From IMG/VR virus record IMGVR_UViG_3300010413_000029, positions 1 through 62,833 of that record: a DNA stretch of 62,833 nt, one strand, 5' to 3'. This DNA is from a virus (taxonomy: Duplodnaviria; Caudoviricetes). Made by a program: the position numbers and the translations under genes. A model generated the notes under the pieces. That model was given only the letters and a program-made list of their open reading frames with translations. It was not told where the DNA came from and did no database searches. Positions 17,295-27,758 of this stretch are shown piece after piece. Position 1 is the first letter of the stretch. Every line of letters starts with the position of its first letter.

Positions 17295-17485
17295 GTGTTA
17301 TCTCCAATATAGAATTCCTTCGTCATCTTGTCTCGTTCCGTTTCCACTGGGGTGACTGGAACCAAACCAGTTCCCTTGCAGGTGGGACATGGGCGTGGGG
17401 TAGGTTGATTATCGATAACCTCCCACACATAGCCAGGATTGCCAATACAATCAGGGCAAGGGCGATAGTCTTTATCATCAGTCAT
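17291..17485 (-). CDS. Small DnaJ-type Cys-rich zinc finger protein
   Basis: CPDCIG...CPTCKGTG; GGAG RBS. Confidence 0.6.
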   Translation of the reverse strand: MTDDKDYRPCPDCIGNPGYVWEVIDNQPTPRPCPTCKGTGLVPVTPVETERDKMTKEFYIGDNT

Positions 17486-17486
17486 T

Positions 17487-17915
17487 TTAGATGTCTCCAT
17501 TCCAATAGGCTTCCACCTTTGTATAGTTAGCCCGATCTGACCGAGCAGGATGTTGCCATTTTTCATGGACAGCACGCAGCTTTTCCAATTCATCCGGTTG
17601 TCCAACCCAATACGACTTGTGCAACCTGCGAAGCATGACAAGCTCATCATGATCACAATAGTATTCCTCAGCCTGCTCATACAAGGCCAGAATATTGCGC
17701 AAAATGCGTTCATACTTCTTGGTGTCAGACCAACGATACTTGGAGTACAAGTCATCCCAAAAAGGTTGGAAGTCATCGCCCATATAGGCCTTTAAACTGT
17801 TCAGGACATCATCGCGAGAGGAAGTAAAGTCCAACTTATCAAACTGTCGATAAGCACCCCCACGAAAGTTGCCATTATTGATACCAACTGCTGATTTCTT
17901 TGCCATCACACACAT
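17487..17915 (-). CDS. Hypothetical protein
   Basis: ORF in operon with AGGAG RBS. Confidence 0.6.
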   Translation of the reverse strand: MCVMAKKSAVGINNGNFRGGAYRQFDKLDFTSSRDDVLNSLKAYMGDDFQPFWDDLYSKYRWSDTKKYERILRNILALYEQAEEYYCDHDELVMLRRLHKSYWVGQPDELEKLRAVHEKWQHPARSDRANYTKVEAYWNGDI

Positions 17916-17918
17916 CTC

Positions 17919-18860
17919 CTACAAATACACGGTCAAGTCACGATCAACCGCGCACATGTCCAGAATATCCACCCGATTGTTATCGGGGACAACAAAAGAA
18001 TAGTAGTTCTCTCCCCCACTCATGGCATAGGCATTGAGAACCTGCAAGCGATTGTCCAGCCTACGCTTCTCAGAGTAACGGGTCACGCACCAACCCACAT
18101 CCAAGATGTGCATTAGGATGTCCACATGTTTTGCAATCTCATCCTGTAACGCAAACGGGAGCATCACAAAATCAGGCTCATCCACATTGGGAACAGTCTC
18201 ACGCGGGACGGGATTGACTTTGCCGTTATTGGGAAGGATCACAGGAATTTCAAACGAGCCATTTGCAAAGCGCGTTTTCTTCCACCAGGAGCGAGAGTCT
18301 TCATCCTTTCCCATGGGCTGGAAGATGGACTGCTTGCCCATCCTTGTCTGGATGTTGGAGCCACCACAGTGAGTACACATCATTGGCATGGATTCCACTT
18401 CGACCTCATAGGATTCTGCTTCATCCAAACAAGTAATGACATACGTGCCTTTTTCGTCCAACTTTTTGGGACCACGCTTGCTAACAGTCTTGCGTAGCTT
18501 CTCAAACTGTGCCTTGTCCTTCTCATCCATCGTGAAGTCTTCCACAACCATATTGGCGATCTGGACAATCTTAGCGCCTTCATCCCTGGCCCACATCGCA
18601 ATATCACGGGCAAGGGTCATGGAGGACACGACAATCGCGCCCTCCTGCAAGATCACACCACGATGGTTGTCAGACTTCCATCGTCCGCGCTGGTTGGCAC
18701 GCCATTCCAACAGGGACATCTCCCCATCATCCGTTGGACGACGAGAATAGAGGCCGTAGTCATGGAGCCGATTGTAGAAAGTGGAGGAGGGCTTGCGCCC
18801 ATTCCACTCTACAAGTACAAGGATTGCCGAGGTGGGATTGGAGTCAATGGGGTCAGTCAT
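17919..18860 (-). CDS. Hypothetical protein with central Zn ribbon
   Basis: 313 aa; CLDE...CTHCGG. Confidence 0.65.
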   Translation of the reverse strand: MTDPIDSNPTSAILVLVEWNGRKPSSTFYNRLHDYGLYSRRPTDDGEMSLLEWRANQRGRWKSDNHRGVILQEGAIVVSSMTLARDIAMWARDEGAKIVQIANMVVEDFTMDEKDKAQFEKLRKTVSKRGPKKLDEKGTYVITCLDEAESYEVEVESMPMMCTHCGGSNIQTRMGKQSIFQPMGKDEDSRSWWKKTRFANGSFEIPVILPNNGKVNPVPRETVPNVDEPDFVMLPFALQDEIAKHVDILMHILDVGWCVTRYSEKRRLDNRLQVLNAYAMSGGENYYSFVVPDNNRVDILDMCAVDRDLTVYL

Positions 18861-19186
18861 GATTGCACAACACCATCAATAACATCATTTCCAATTCTAG
18901 GCAATGTACGTATCTGAGCCAGAATAGAAATCACTTCATTGGCATCTAACCATCCAAGAACATCATCGGTGATTGGTGTACTATAAGTAATATCCCAATC
19001 ATCCCCGTCAAATTGGATAACTGCCAATTCAAAACGATTATCTTTGGAACCATAGGTTCCAAAGCCACGAATTACGGAAGCACCAAAGTCATTCTCAAAA
19101 AGAAAAACCAACTGTTGATTAAATGGATGCTCACCATCAGAAACCAAATATTGCGCAAAATCCTGTAACTCAATCTGATTGCTCAT
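18857..19186 (-). CDS. Conserved phage hypothetical protein
   Basis: FENDFGASVI..FGTYG....FELAVI...TPITDDVLGWL, a motif recurring in phage proteins. Confidence 0.7.
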   Translation of the reverse strand: MSNQIELQDFAQYLVSDGEHPFNQQLVFLFENDFGASVIRGFGTYGSKDNRFELAVIQFDGDDWDITYSTPITDDVLGWLDANEVISILAQIRTLPRIGNDVIDGVVQS

Positions 19187-19192
19187 CTTGTT

Positions 19193-19284
19193 CTCCTAGG
19201 TCGGGGTGAATGTTGGATGAGTACCCGACATAGCTAATTCTAGTATATAACGCCCCAGTTGTCAAGGGTTATTTGGGATGTTTC
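19193..19284 (-). promoter_or_regulatory. Conserved phage promoter module
   Basis: TTGACA(19265-19260)-17-TAGAAT; TCATCCA in the loop of GTCGGG..CCCGAC; AGGAGA. Confidence 0.8.
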
Positions 19285-19322
19285 CCAAATATTCATGTCC
19301 GATAAAACAACCCTTCATTTCT

Positions 19323-19541
19323 CTATATTTCATGACTTATTATATTTCCATCATAATCAACATAATGAACCCTGTCATCAAGATTGTCGGCAAGCTCACA
19401 AAGTTCATCATCGTCAAGCAAATCTAAATCCTCAGGATAATCAATAATAATATCTTCAACAAGATATTCAGTACCAATCCATCTTTTTGTTGGATTGGTA
19501 CTGAATTGTGAAGTTTCAATCTCAATAGTTCGTCTCATCAC
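19323..19541 (-). CDS. Small acidic hypothetical protein
   Basis: ORF following the VWA gene. Confidence 0.5.
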   Translation of the reverse strand: MMRRTIEIETSQFSTNPTKRWIGTEYLVEDIIIDYPEDLDLLDDDELCELADNLDDRVHYVDYDGNIISHEI

Positions 19542-19547
19542 ATCCTC

Positions 19548-21308
19548 CTAGCACCAAATCAACTTGCTCAGGGTTTCAGAGACGTTATCTAAGCCGGTGA
19601 AGTTCAGGATTTCATCTGCAACTTCGATAATGTCATTCATCGGATCAGCATTGATCATCAACACAAAGATGCGCATCCCATAGTCTTCCTTCATCTGTTC
19701 AAGTCTATCTTTCACATCACTACTAATGCCAGCCTCGCCATCTGTGATCATCACGAAGTCAGACTTGAAGCGTTCCTCTTCATCCAGGTTATCCACCAAG
19801 TCCATCATCATCGTGAAGGCATAGTCAAAGCTCGTCCCGCCCCCATAGTAGAACATTGCCCAATGGAGCAGGTCAGCCAACGAGGTGCGAGTATCCACGA
19901 TGTCAGTCACTTCACCATGGGAGCCAAAGCCAGCCAGCAAGAACTCCTGCCCATTTTCTCGGGCAGCCTTTGCCAAGCCAAGCGCAAGAGCCTTCGCAAT
20001 GGTCTCCCGCTTGCCACCCATTTCCTCCATATTCATCGAGCCAGATTCATCCACAAAGCAGATGAAGTTTCCTTCTCGCACAGCCTGCATGGTCTTGGTC
20101 ACGCCACCCAAACCACGTTCCAGCCAATTCTCAATGGCCTGTTTCCGATAAGGGTAGTAATGGGTCAACTTGAAGCGTTCCGCAGGGTGCATCGCCAGCA
20201 AATCCTTCGTAAATCCGGCAGTCTCCACAACTACTTCCACCGGGGCACGACCACGCAGGGTTTTCTCAGCAATCCCATGCACGCGTCCGATCATGGTCGT
20301 CAACCCACCAATGCCAGGGGATGACAAAGAGCGCATCAACTCCATGATCTCGTTCGGGTCCAGCATCAAACCCTTGCCTTCGTCCACACCCCAGGCAGCC
20401 AGGAAGGTCATGACCTCCTCGCCAAAGTCAGAGCCGGTCTTGATGGAGCCAGAACGACCAAAGCCGTTCATCGAGTTGCCCATCGCATCTTTGATCTGCT
20501 GGTTGGCTTCATCCCGAAGGGACTGTGCCTGCTCACGCAATTTGTCAGCCTGCTCCCGAAGTTCATCAGGGTTGGGGGGAGCAAAGTCTTCCTGCTCCCA
20601 TTCTCCATCACCCTGTCCATCTTCATCCCAGTCATCATAGGGATTCTCGTCCTCATCGCCAAATCCGCCACTGGAATCATTACCATCGTCGTTGTCAGCG
20701 TTCTCCTGCTCATTAGATGGGTCAGAGTATGGGTTGTCGCCTTCCCGTTCATCTCCTTCGTTCCCTGATTGATTCTCACCAGAGTCAGAGTCGTTTTCCT
20801 TCTGTTCGATGTCATCGGCCTGCTGTTCCATATCATCGGCCTGCTGTTCCATATCATCAGCACGCCGTTCCATCGCATCAGCCTGCCCAAGTCCATTCAT
20901 GCCACCAGCCACATCTGGCATATTCATCAACTGCTCCACCATGCCATAAGCCGAAGCAGCAGAACTTACCTTGTGGTTCACAAACGGCAACACATTGACT
21001 TTGTAGGTCGGGTCAGACAATACCCATTCCAGCAATCCACGCACAGCCTCCCGCCCTTCCGGACTGGCAGGTTTGAGATTGCTATTCGCAAGGTACATCG
21101 ACCAGTACAGGTCTCGTTGCAGGTCATCAATGGCAGAATTTCCAAAACTGGACAGCGGGACATTGAAACCGGTCACCTTTTGGCCTGGGGTCAAATCATG
21201 TTGTAAGGTGGGAGAGAGAACATCGATGAACTGCCCCTTGACCAGATAGCGAGGGCGATAACCTCGCCCTCGGTCATCATCACCATCATCAAGATAGTAT
21301 CTCGGCAT
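19548..21308 (-). CDS. VWA-domain protein (ViaA/CobT-like)
   Basis: MIDAS motif VDESGSM, GGGTSF, MITDGE; acidic linker with a 21-bp tandem repeat at 20812-20853. Confidence 0.85.
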   Translation of the reverse strand: MPRYYLDDGDDDRGRGYRPRYLVKGQFIDVLSPTLQHDLTPGQKVTGFNVPLSSFGNSAIDDLQRDLYWSMYLANSNLKPASPEGREAVRGLLEWVLSDPTYKVNVLPFVNHKVSSAASAYGMVEQLMNMPDVAGGMNGLGQADAMERRADDMEQQADDMEQQADDIEQKENDSDSGENQSGNEGDEREGDNPYSDPSNEQENADNDDGNDSSGGFGDEDENPYDDWDEDGQGDGEWEQEDFAPPNPDELREQADKLREQAQSLRDEANQQIKDAMGNSMNGFGRSGSIKTGSDFGEEVMTFLAAWGVDEGKGLMLDPNEIMELMRSLSSPGIGGLTTMIGRVHGIAEKTLRGRAPVEVVVETAGFTKDLLAMHPAERFKLTHYYPYRKQAIENWLERGLGGVTKTMQAVREGNFICFVDESGSMNMEEMGGKRETIAKALALGLAKAARENGQEFLLAGFGSHGEVTDIVDTRTSLADLLHWAMFYYGGGTSFDYAFTMMMDLVDNLDEEERFKSDFVMITDGEAGISSDVKDRLEQMKEDYGMRIFVLMINADPMNDIIEVADEILNFTGLDNVSETLSKLIWC

Positions 21309-22477
21309 CAGATTTTCTCCCCACGCAATAGCTTTTTGTACACACTGAACATCTCGCGCAAGGCTTCATCCACTCGAGGGTTTCCAGGATGTTCAGCACG
21401 CAAGGTCTTCTCTGCATCCTGCCACGCACGTCCCAACTCACGGGAAAGAGCATCACGAGCATCTTCATTCAAGCGCCCACGATTGTCACTGTACTTGGCA
21501 ACAATGTTCGTCCAGGCCGCATAGGCATTGGCCTTGAACTCGTTGATCTGAGTTTCAACCACATCCACCAGGGCATAGACAATTTTCTTCCATTGTAATG
21601 CCTGACCAAAATCAACTATAGGGTAGCCGTAAGCCAGCGCATCAAAGGCCTGGCGAGGCAAGTCTTCAAAGTCATCACTACCAGCATAGTACGCGCCCAT
21701 CGCATACAACATCGCCCGAAACTGGAAAATGCGGCGATTGTTCAAGCTAAATTTCCCACCCTGTTCATCACACAACCGCTGGATGTTCTCAAGCAGACCA
21801 ATGATAGCCTCCGAACACTTATAGTGGGAGGGGTCGTTCTCAATATAGGTCGTGACCAGTCCATTGACTTCCATCACAGTGTTGAAGTCAGGCAGGTCAA
21901 AGTTCCAGGTGCTAATGGCAGGCTTGGCAACCAACGCTCGAATATCAGGCTGGGAGGGTTGATACCAGATCGTGAACGAGAACCGATCACGCAAGGCTTC
22001 ATTGCGAGGGGTCGGGGTAAGCCAGTTGGCAGTTCCAACATAGATCGGGCGATGGAACTTGCTGATCGCATGCATCGCGTGCACTGCCGTGTCCATCCCT
22101 AGATCGCCAAAGCGAGAAACTTCATCCAGCAGACAACCACAGACTTCCTCTGCAACCGGAGTGCCTTTCGTAATCCAGTACGGGACGCCCTTTGACTCAG
22201 CCTCAGGGTCAATGGAGTAGATCGGGTTGGCATACCCAATGATGTCAGCAGGGAGCGTGGAAGGAACACACGGGAACAACATCGTGGCTTCCTCGCCAAA
22301 CACCTGCTTGAGCATGTAATACAAGATTTCTGTTTTGCCGTTTCCGGGCTCACCAACAACCAGGACATTCTGCCAGGAAAGCATCGAAGCCTGCATTACG
22401 GGAGTAAGCAGGTTACGCAACTCATCAGGTTGGCTATATCCATTCACGGACAAAGTGGGTGCAACAGTATTCGTCAT
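21308..22477 (-). CDS. MoxR/RavA-family AAA+ ATPase
   Basis: GEPGNGKT, LLDEV, TAN, ALRDRF. Confidence 0.85.
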   Translation of the reverse strand: MTNTVAPTLSVNGYSQPDELRNLLTPVMQASMLSWQNVLVVGEPGNGKTEILYYMLKQVFGEEATMLFPCVPSTLPADIIGYANPIYSIDPEAESKGVPYWITKGTPVAEEVCGCLLDEVSRFGDLGMDTAVHAMHAISKFHRPIYVGTANWLTPTPRNEALRDRFSFTIWYQPSQPDIRALVAKPAISTWNFDLPDFNTVMEVNGLVTTYIENDPSHYKCSEAIIGLLENIQRLCDEQGGKFSLNNRRIFQFRAMLYAMGAYYAGSDDFEDLPRQAFDALAYGYPIVDFGQALQWKKIVYALVDVVETQINEFKANAYAAWTNIVAKYSDNRGRLNEDARDALSRELGRAWQDAEKTLRAEHPGNPRVDEALREMFSVYKKLLRGEKI

Positions 22478-22483
22478 TTCATT

Positions 22484-22579
22484 CTCCTAGTATAGTCTAC
22501 CCCATTGGGGCTGGATGATTCTTACTAGCTCATTCTAAAGGTTATCCCCTTATTTGTCAAGGGTTTGTAAGGATGAAAA
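22484..22579 (-). promoter_or_regulatory. Conserved phage promoter module
   Basis: TTTTCATCC, TTGACA(22560-22555)-17-TAGAAT, TCATCCA, AGGAGA. Confidence 0.8.
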
Positions 22580-22780
22580 TTAACCTTCTTCAGTGTTACT
22601 TAGGCCAACACTATCAGGAATTTTGGTCTGTTCAAAAGTCCACTTCATTAAATCCATAACTGTGGTTTTACTTGGGAGATTCCCGGTACATCCAATAAAA
22701 TCTGCAACAAGTTCATCAAGCATAGCATGAAGCTCAATATGCCTTTGTTTATGTTCTTCGTCATTCATAACTTCCTCCAA
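22580..22780 (-). CDS. Hypothetical protein
   Basis: Short ORF overlapping the upstream stop. Confidence 0.55.
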   Translation of the reverse strand: MEEVMNDEEHKQRHIELHAMLDELVADFIGCTGNLPSKTTVMDLMKWTFEQTKIPDSVGLSNTEEG

Positions 22781-24242
22781 AAATCTTGCTATTCATACTG
22801 ATCCCATCCCCAACATCAGACATATGCCCAAACAACTTTTCGATGCGTTCCACCTGCACTCGCAACTCAGCATCATTCGGTCTACTATCCAACTCATCCT
22901 TGTACTGTTGCAGGTCAAACACATCCCACGGCCACAAGGGTTGACCGGGGTTGTCATGCCCCTCCAGAAACAGGATACCTCGAATATTCAACGCCCAACT
23001 AAAACCAAGCGGCGGGTCTGGAAGTTCCAATCCATCAGGGGGGTCAAATGACAATCCAGAAATTCCACTATTCTTGGGAGACTTCCCACCAAATGGGATC
23101 TGTGCAAAACTTGAGTTCTGGACAGGAGCAGATGCAACCTGCTTATCAAACATAATCAAGCCATTGTCTGCTGCATAACTAAGCATGGCCACAATCCCAT
23201 TATTGGCATTGCCAGAGTTCTGCATATCCTTGAACACAGGTGAGGGGTCTTTGGTCAATGGGGACTGGTCAACAGGAATGGGAGCAAATATCTCATTGGG
23301 AGCATTCCAACCAGCCACGCTATCAAGCACCCCAAAGCCAACACACAAGTCAGGGGATACTTTCAAATTCACACTAACATCCACCTTGTTTCGCGCCAAT
23401 GCCTGCTGATACAAGGGCTGTCTTCCTTTCTGGATACCAGGGGCTTTCAACCATTGCCCATTAGCAGGGAACGGAATCTGTGCCCCTTTGAAGCTCACTC
23501 GCGCAGCCTTCCAATCCCCAACAAGGTCATCAGTTGTGAACACAACAGGAAAGTTCACAGCAGAATGAGCATTTTTCTTGTGGATCAGGGTGCAATAGCG
23601 TAACCCATCCAGAGCAAAGGCAAACACAACCGGGGAGTTCGGATAGTTGTGCTTGAGCGAGGCATATACCGTGATTTCACCAGGGACCAACGAGCCTTTG
23701 TGGTCAGGGTGGTCCATCATGGTAACATCCTTCTTACAAAACACCCAGTCGCCCTTGAGAGCAAAAGCGCCCTTCTGGAATGGGTCAATGCCAGTCAATT
23801 CCTTGCCCCAAGCGGTGAACCATCCTCCATATTTAGCGATCTCGGAACCATGAGTCGGGTCAATCTCAACCAGGCCAGCCTGCTCCACACTGGGCGGGAC
23901 AAACTGGTTGTCATTGCTATAATCAAAAGTCAAAACAAGTTCTATATCGTGTGGCATTTGTTCTCCTACTTTATCAGACATTTGAAAAACGTCCTGAAAC
24001 AAGGGGTCGGATGAACCCCATCGACCTAAAACCAATCGCTCATAATCAGTGGCTTGCCTCATCAAAGAGTACTTGATAGCATCCAAACTATCAGGGTCAA
24101 AAATAGTAGGACTATCACAATAAGTACTGGCAAAAATTGGTTCATCTGGATTGAGAACCATCTTGCGAAATGACTCCATAAGCTCAGAGTCATTACAAAG
24201 TTTCTCGTACTCATCAGGGCTAAGGGATGGGGTCACTGGCAA
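22761..24242 (-). CDS. Hypothetical protein
   Basis: 493-aa ORF; start uncertain. Confidence 0.65.
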   Translation of the reverse strand: MPVTPSLSPDEYEKLCNDSELMESFRKMVLNPDEPIFASTYCDSPTIFDPDSLDAIKYSLMRQATDYERLVLGRWGSSDPLFQDVFQMSDKVGEQMPHDIELVLTFDYSNDNQFVPPSVEQAGLVEIDPTHGSEIAKYGGWFTAWGKELTGIDPFQKGAFALKGDWVFCKKDVTMMDHPDHKGSLVPGEITVYASLKHNYPNSPVVFAFALDGLRYCTLIHKKNAHSAVNFPVVFTTDDLVGDWKAARVSFKGAQIPFPANGQWLKAPGIQKGRQPLYQQALARNKVDVSVNLKVSPDLCVGFGVLDSVAGWNAPNEIFAPIPVDQSPLTKDPSPVFKDMQNSGNANNGIVAMLSYAADNGLIMFDKQVASAPVQNSSFAQIPFGGKSPKNSGISGLSFDPPDGLELPDPPLGFSWALNIRGILFLEGHDNPGQPLWPWDVFDLQQYKDELDSRPNDAELRVQVERIEKLFGHMSDVGDGISMNSKIFGGSYE

Positions 24243-24291
24243 CTCCTGATAGTCACGCTATTCTCCAAAGCTACCAGCAACCCCATGTCAC

Positions 24292-24693
24292 CTAGAACGG
24301 TTCTCCATCATCCTCAGGTGGGGCATCCTCGACAGAACCACCATCACCACTGGAAGATAAGAAGCGAACCGTAGCAGCAACCACCTCAAAGGATGAGCGA
24401 GGGGAACCATCGGGGCCAGTCCAGACACGCGGACCTCCGGTGCCTTTATCAGCAGTCAAGCGTCCCTCTACCAAAACCTTCATGCCCTTCTTGACATACT
24501 GGTTGCAAGTTTCTGCCTGCTTGCCCCATGCAGAAATCCGAAACCAAGCAGTCTCCTGTACCTGATTGCCACCAGAATCAGTGTATTGACGATTGGTGGC
24601 AACAGAGAACGAAGCAACAGCAGCACCAGAGGGAGTGTAACGCATCTCTGCATCCTTGCCAACATTACCAACCACAACGATAGTGTGAAACAT
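24292..24693 (-). CDS. ssb: Single-stranded DNA-binding protein
   Basis: VGNVGKDAEMRYTPSG..VASFSVATNR, VLVEGRL, acidic PF tail. Confidence 0.95.
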   Translation of the reverse strand: MFHTIVVVGNVGKDAEMRYTPSGAAVASFSVATNRQYTDSGGNQVQETAWFRISAWGKQAETCNQYVKKGMKVLVEGRLTADKGTGGPRVWTGPDGSPRSSFEVVAATVRFLSSSGDGGSVEDAPPEDDGEPF

Positions 24694-25379
24694 TATCCAC
24701 CTACCTTTTCGTTGGCTTGCTTGATGAGGGCCTCTACTTCATGATAGCGCTTGAGTAGATCAGATCGAGTTGACTTGTTACGCTGGACAGGATTTACTTT
24801 TACCCCAATATCAGTGGCCTGTTTCACCAAAGCCTGCCACTTGCCCCAAGCTTCATCTGTGATGATGTCCATGTCAACCTTTGTGCCATCATTTGATTGG
24901 GGTTGATTCTTCCCAGTTCCAGCACGCTTTGTATCTTGAGGACTGGAAGTCTCATCGGGGTCATCACCGGTCAAGAGCAAGAAGGTTTCGAGCAAGGCAT
25001 ACTTCTTGCTAACTGTCATGCTCTTGTTTCCGGCCTTATCGCCAGGGTCTGCCCCATCCCCAAAAATTTCAACATCCTGATAGGTGTCACTGGGGACATG
25101 ATAAAAGCGATAAACGTGGGTGGCAACAATGCGATTCCAAACAGTGTGATATTGACCAACCTCAAAAGAAGAATGGGCAACATCCTTCACAGATACAGGA
25201 TACATCACCACACCATTCTCAAGCATGGCAGGGCGAAGGGCATCTAATACAGCATTTTCAGTCTTGAGACTATAGCTGATTTTAGAGTCCTTCGCCTTTT
25301 CCTTTTGCACATATCCAACAGACTGCATGATTGCCAAAATTGCAGTGTGGATATTCGAACTATCTTTCTTTTCAGTCAT
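24693..25379 (-). CDS. ERF-family single-strand annealing protein
   Basis: GDGADPGDKAGNKSMTVSKKYALL...GDDPD; adjacent to ssb. Confidence 0.8.
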   Translation of the reverse strand: MTEKKDSSNIHTAILAIMQSVGYVQKEKAKDSKISYSLKTENAVLDALRPAMLENGVVMYPVSVKDVAHSSFEVGQYHTVWNRIVATHVYRFYHVPSDTYQDVEIFGDGADPGDKAGNKSMTVSKKYALLETFLLLTGDDPDETSSPQDTKRAGTGKNQPQSNDGTKVDMDIITDEAWGKWQALVKQATDIGVKVNPVQRNKSTRSDLLKRYHEVEALIKQANEKVGG

Positions 25380-25428
25380 GGTATCTCCAATTCAGTTTGT
25401 GTACAGGTTTCTACAGGTCATACAAAGG

Positions 25429-25707
25429 TTACGATTCCAGGGCCTTGGATAGTTCCTCAGCCTTCTCAGCCTGATACATATCAAGGTGAGCAAACAAGAA
25501 ATTGCCAGCCTCTCTACAAGAGTAGCTCATATTCCCAACAATGTCATCACTCTTAGGTAGTGACCGTATGTGTCCAGTAAGACGGGCAAGTTTTTCAAAT
25601 CTATCAGCCATATCTTTTGGAACTTGAACGGTGAATGATACCATTGGCACAGGTTCAATTGAGGGTGCTTGCAGTTCAGCAATAGCTTGCTTTACTTCTT
25701 CTTTCAT
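25429..25707 (-). CDS. Hypothetical protein (possible RHH)
   Basis: FTVQVPKDMADRFEKLAR; has its own promoter. Confidence 0.5.
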   Translation of the reverse strand: MKEEVKQAIAELQAPSIEPVPMVSFTVQVPKDMADRFEKLARLTGHIRSLPKSDDIVGNMSYSCREAGNFLFAHLDMYQAEKAEELSKALES

Positions 25708-25744
25708 AGCTTTTCCTTTCTGGATTTCTCCTAATTTTTTGTAC

Positions 25745-25793
25745 TGGATGATTCACTTACAAGGATTATAAATTGTTAGTCCCTAGAAGTCAA
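25745..25793 (-). promoter_or_regulatory. Conserved phage promoter module
   Basis: TTGACT(25793-25788)-17-TATAAT, TCATCCA, AGGAGA. Confidence 0.8.
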
Positions 25794-25908
25794 GGAAGTT
25801 TGTGGGTATACATTCCTTTGTTTTTCTCGTTGATTTCAATAGCCATAACTATCCCGCGTGGCAATCCTAAAATGTAGATTCTCCATTGTCTTTTTATCCA
25901 AGCCCACA

Positions 25909-26697
25909 TCACCTACCTCCAATCACATTCCACATCATCGACAACGCATGAAACAACGCTTTGCCAATCTTGGGATTCTTCACAGCAATGCCCTGAATCA
26001 AGAGATTGATACTATGCAAAGCCTCCCGCAATTCTGCTTCATAGTCCACATCCACAGGATTGGGGTCGTCCACTTCCAAAGGTTCTACCTTGAGGGGAGC
26101 AAACTCAATCCCATTGCCAACCTGCACCCCAGTCTGGTACTGGACATAGCCATTGGACTCATGCACACTGTCAGGTTCAAAGGCTGATCTAAGTTGCCAC
26201 TCAGCAGCCGGATAGCCCTGATTTTGGGAAAGTTCCCAAGAATAGTCCAGAATGTCTTGCCAGATTTTATGACCAGTCTTGGGATTGTCAGCATCAAACT
26301 TGTTACGTCCGGCATAAGTGAAGTGGCTGAACGGAATGTCCAACCAGCGATAGCGTTTGCGTAGTGCTGGGGAGAACCGTCTGGCCGTCAACGCCCATGC
26401 CTTGACCGTGTTCTCGCTCCTGGCTCCACGCAGAAAGCGGCGCGAGACATAATAACAGATGTCCATGAACGTGTAAGGCTTGCCTTCCGAGTTACACAGC
26501 CCGGCAGCCAGTACAGCAGACCAGATGTCATTCGTCCAATCCCCTTTCTGCCATTGTACCCGTTCTTCTTCCTGAGATAAGGCCTCAAACCTCTGGATGG
26601 ATTCTTCTGGAAGGATTTTATCAATCGCGCGAATCATCTCTCCAACAGGGTTGGGAGAGCGCAGGTCAATTTGGAGGGAGGGGGTATCAATTAACAT
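25909..26697 (-). CDS. Hypothetical protein
   Basis: 262-aa ORF. Confidence 0.65.
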   Translation of the reverse strand: MLIDTPSLQIDLRSPNPVGEMIRAIDKILPEESIQRFEALSQEEERVQWQKGDWTNDIWSAVLAAGLCNSEGKPYTFMDICYYVSRRFLRGARSENTVKAWALTARRFSPALRKRYRWLDIPFSHFTYAGRNKFDADNPKTGHKIWQDILDYSWELSQNQGYPAAEWQLRSAFEPDSVHESNGYVQYQTGVQVGNGIEFAPLKVEPLEVDDPNPVDVDYEAELREALHSINLLIQGIAVKNPKIGKALFHALSMMWNVIGGR

Positions 26698-26905
26698 TGG
26701 TATCTACCAATATCCTAGTATCTTCTAAAGTTATCTTACAAGGGATATTTATCCCTCTTACACCAAGGTCAGTTTGAAAGAAGTAATCTTCACCATTATA
26801 TGAAAACTTTACCTCATATCCAGACCAAAGGCCATAATAAATCCCAACAGGTATTGGGCTAGCCTTATGGTATAAGACAGACTTATTCACAGTTTCAGCC
26901 ATCAC
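26687..26905 (-). CDS. Hypothetical protein
   Basis: Coupled ORF with GGAGG RBS. Confidence 0.55.
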   Translation of the reverse strand: MMAETVNKSVLYHKASPIPVGIYYGLWSGYEVKFSYNGEDYFFQTDLGVRGINIPCKITLEDTRILVDTNVN

Positions 26906-27741
26906 ACACCTCCAATCATAAGATTCACATAGTAGTCCAGTATCTGCATCACGCGCTTGCTATAGTGCGAGGGAGCCATGCCAATGTTGGGCATCAAGTA
27001 CAACTCCAACATCTGAGCAAAACAGCGATTGTCATAGGGGATGCTACTACGCATATCTTCCAATAAGTCATCAGCTTTACTGGCATCATCCCCAAGGATT
27101 CGCATGATGACATTGCTTCGTTTCTTCAAACCAACATCCATCGCATCATGCAACTCACCAATTTGCTCAGATAGGTCAGGGAACCACATCTGTTCTTCCA
27201 GATTTAGTTCCATCCAAACCTCTACCACACCAATCAAAAAAGTGGCATGTACCATCATGATGTCCGTATGACTTGCAAGCAAATACTTACAGGCATCAAA
27301 CAGCTGGTCAGGGGTGGATGTCATATAGGCATTGGCAATTTCAATCGGGACATCAGACAGATACAAGCCATTTCTAACTGCAAAGGGATGAGCAAGCAAA
27401 ACAGCAGCATCACTCATCTGCTCTCCCTGTAGCATTTCCAAAGAAAACACAGAAGGGTGCAAAGCAACCAATTTTTTATGATCACTTTCAACTTCCTGCT
27501 GGATGTAGCGCAGAGCAAGATTGATCGGGTCCTTAGAGTCCAACTGCGTCAATACAAAATGCTTTGCGCCAGGATATGCTTGCAATTTCCTTCCAAGCTC
27601 ACAGGCAACACGTAACAATAGGCGAGTATGAAAATCCCCCCACTGGCAATGAAGATAGTCATCAGCCAACTTGAAATTATCCAACTGCATGGTCTCAAGC
27701 AATGGCATCGCAGACAAAAGCACTTCGGTGTTATTGGTCAT
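26902..27741 (-). CDS. Hypothetical protein
   Basis: 279-aa ORF with AGGAGA RBS. Confidence 0.7.
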   Translation of the reverse strand: MTNNTEVLLSAMPLLETMQLDNFKLADDYLHCQWGDFHTRLLLRVACELGRKLQAYPGAKHFVLTQLDSKDPINLALRYIQQEVESDHKKLVALHPSVFSLEMLQGEQMSDAAVLLAHPFAVRNGLYLSDVPIEIANAYMTSTPDQLFDACKYLLASHTDIMMVHATFLIGVVEVWMELNLEEQMWFPDLSEQIGELHDAMDVGLKKRSNVIMRILGDDASKADDLLEDMRSSIPYDNRCFAQMLELYLMPNIGMAPSHYSKRVMQILDYYVNLMIGGV

Positions 27742-27758
27742 CTTATTTCTCCTATCTT

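Noticed and set aside
17919-18860. cas2 gene
   Set aside because: The resemblance is only a loose secondary-structure pattern, the catalytic Asp context is missing and there are no other cas genes.
20812-20853. 21-bp tandem repeat as a regulatory element
   Set aside because: It is in frame and encodes heptad repeats (ADDMEQQ) in the VWA linker.
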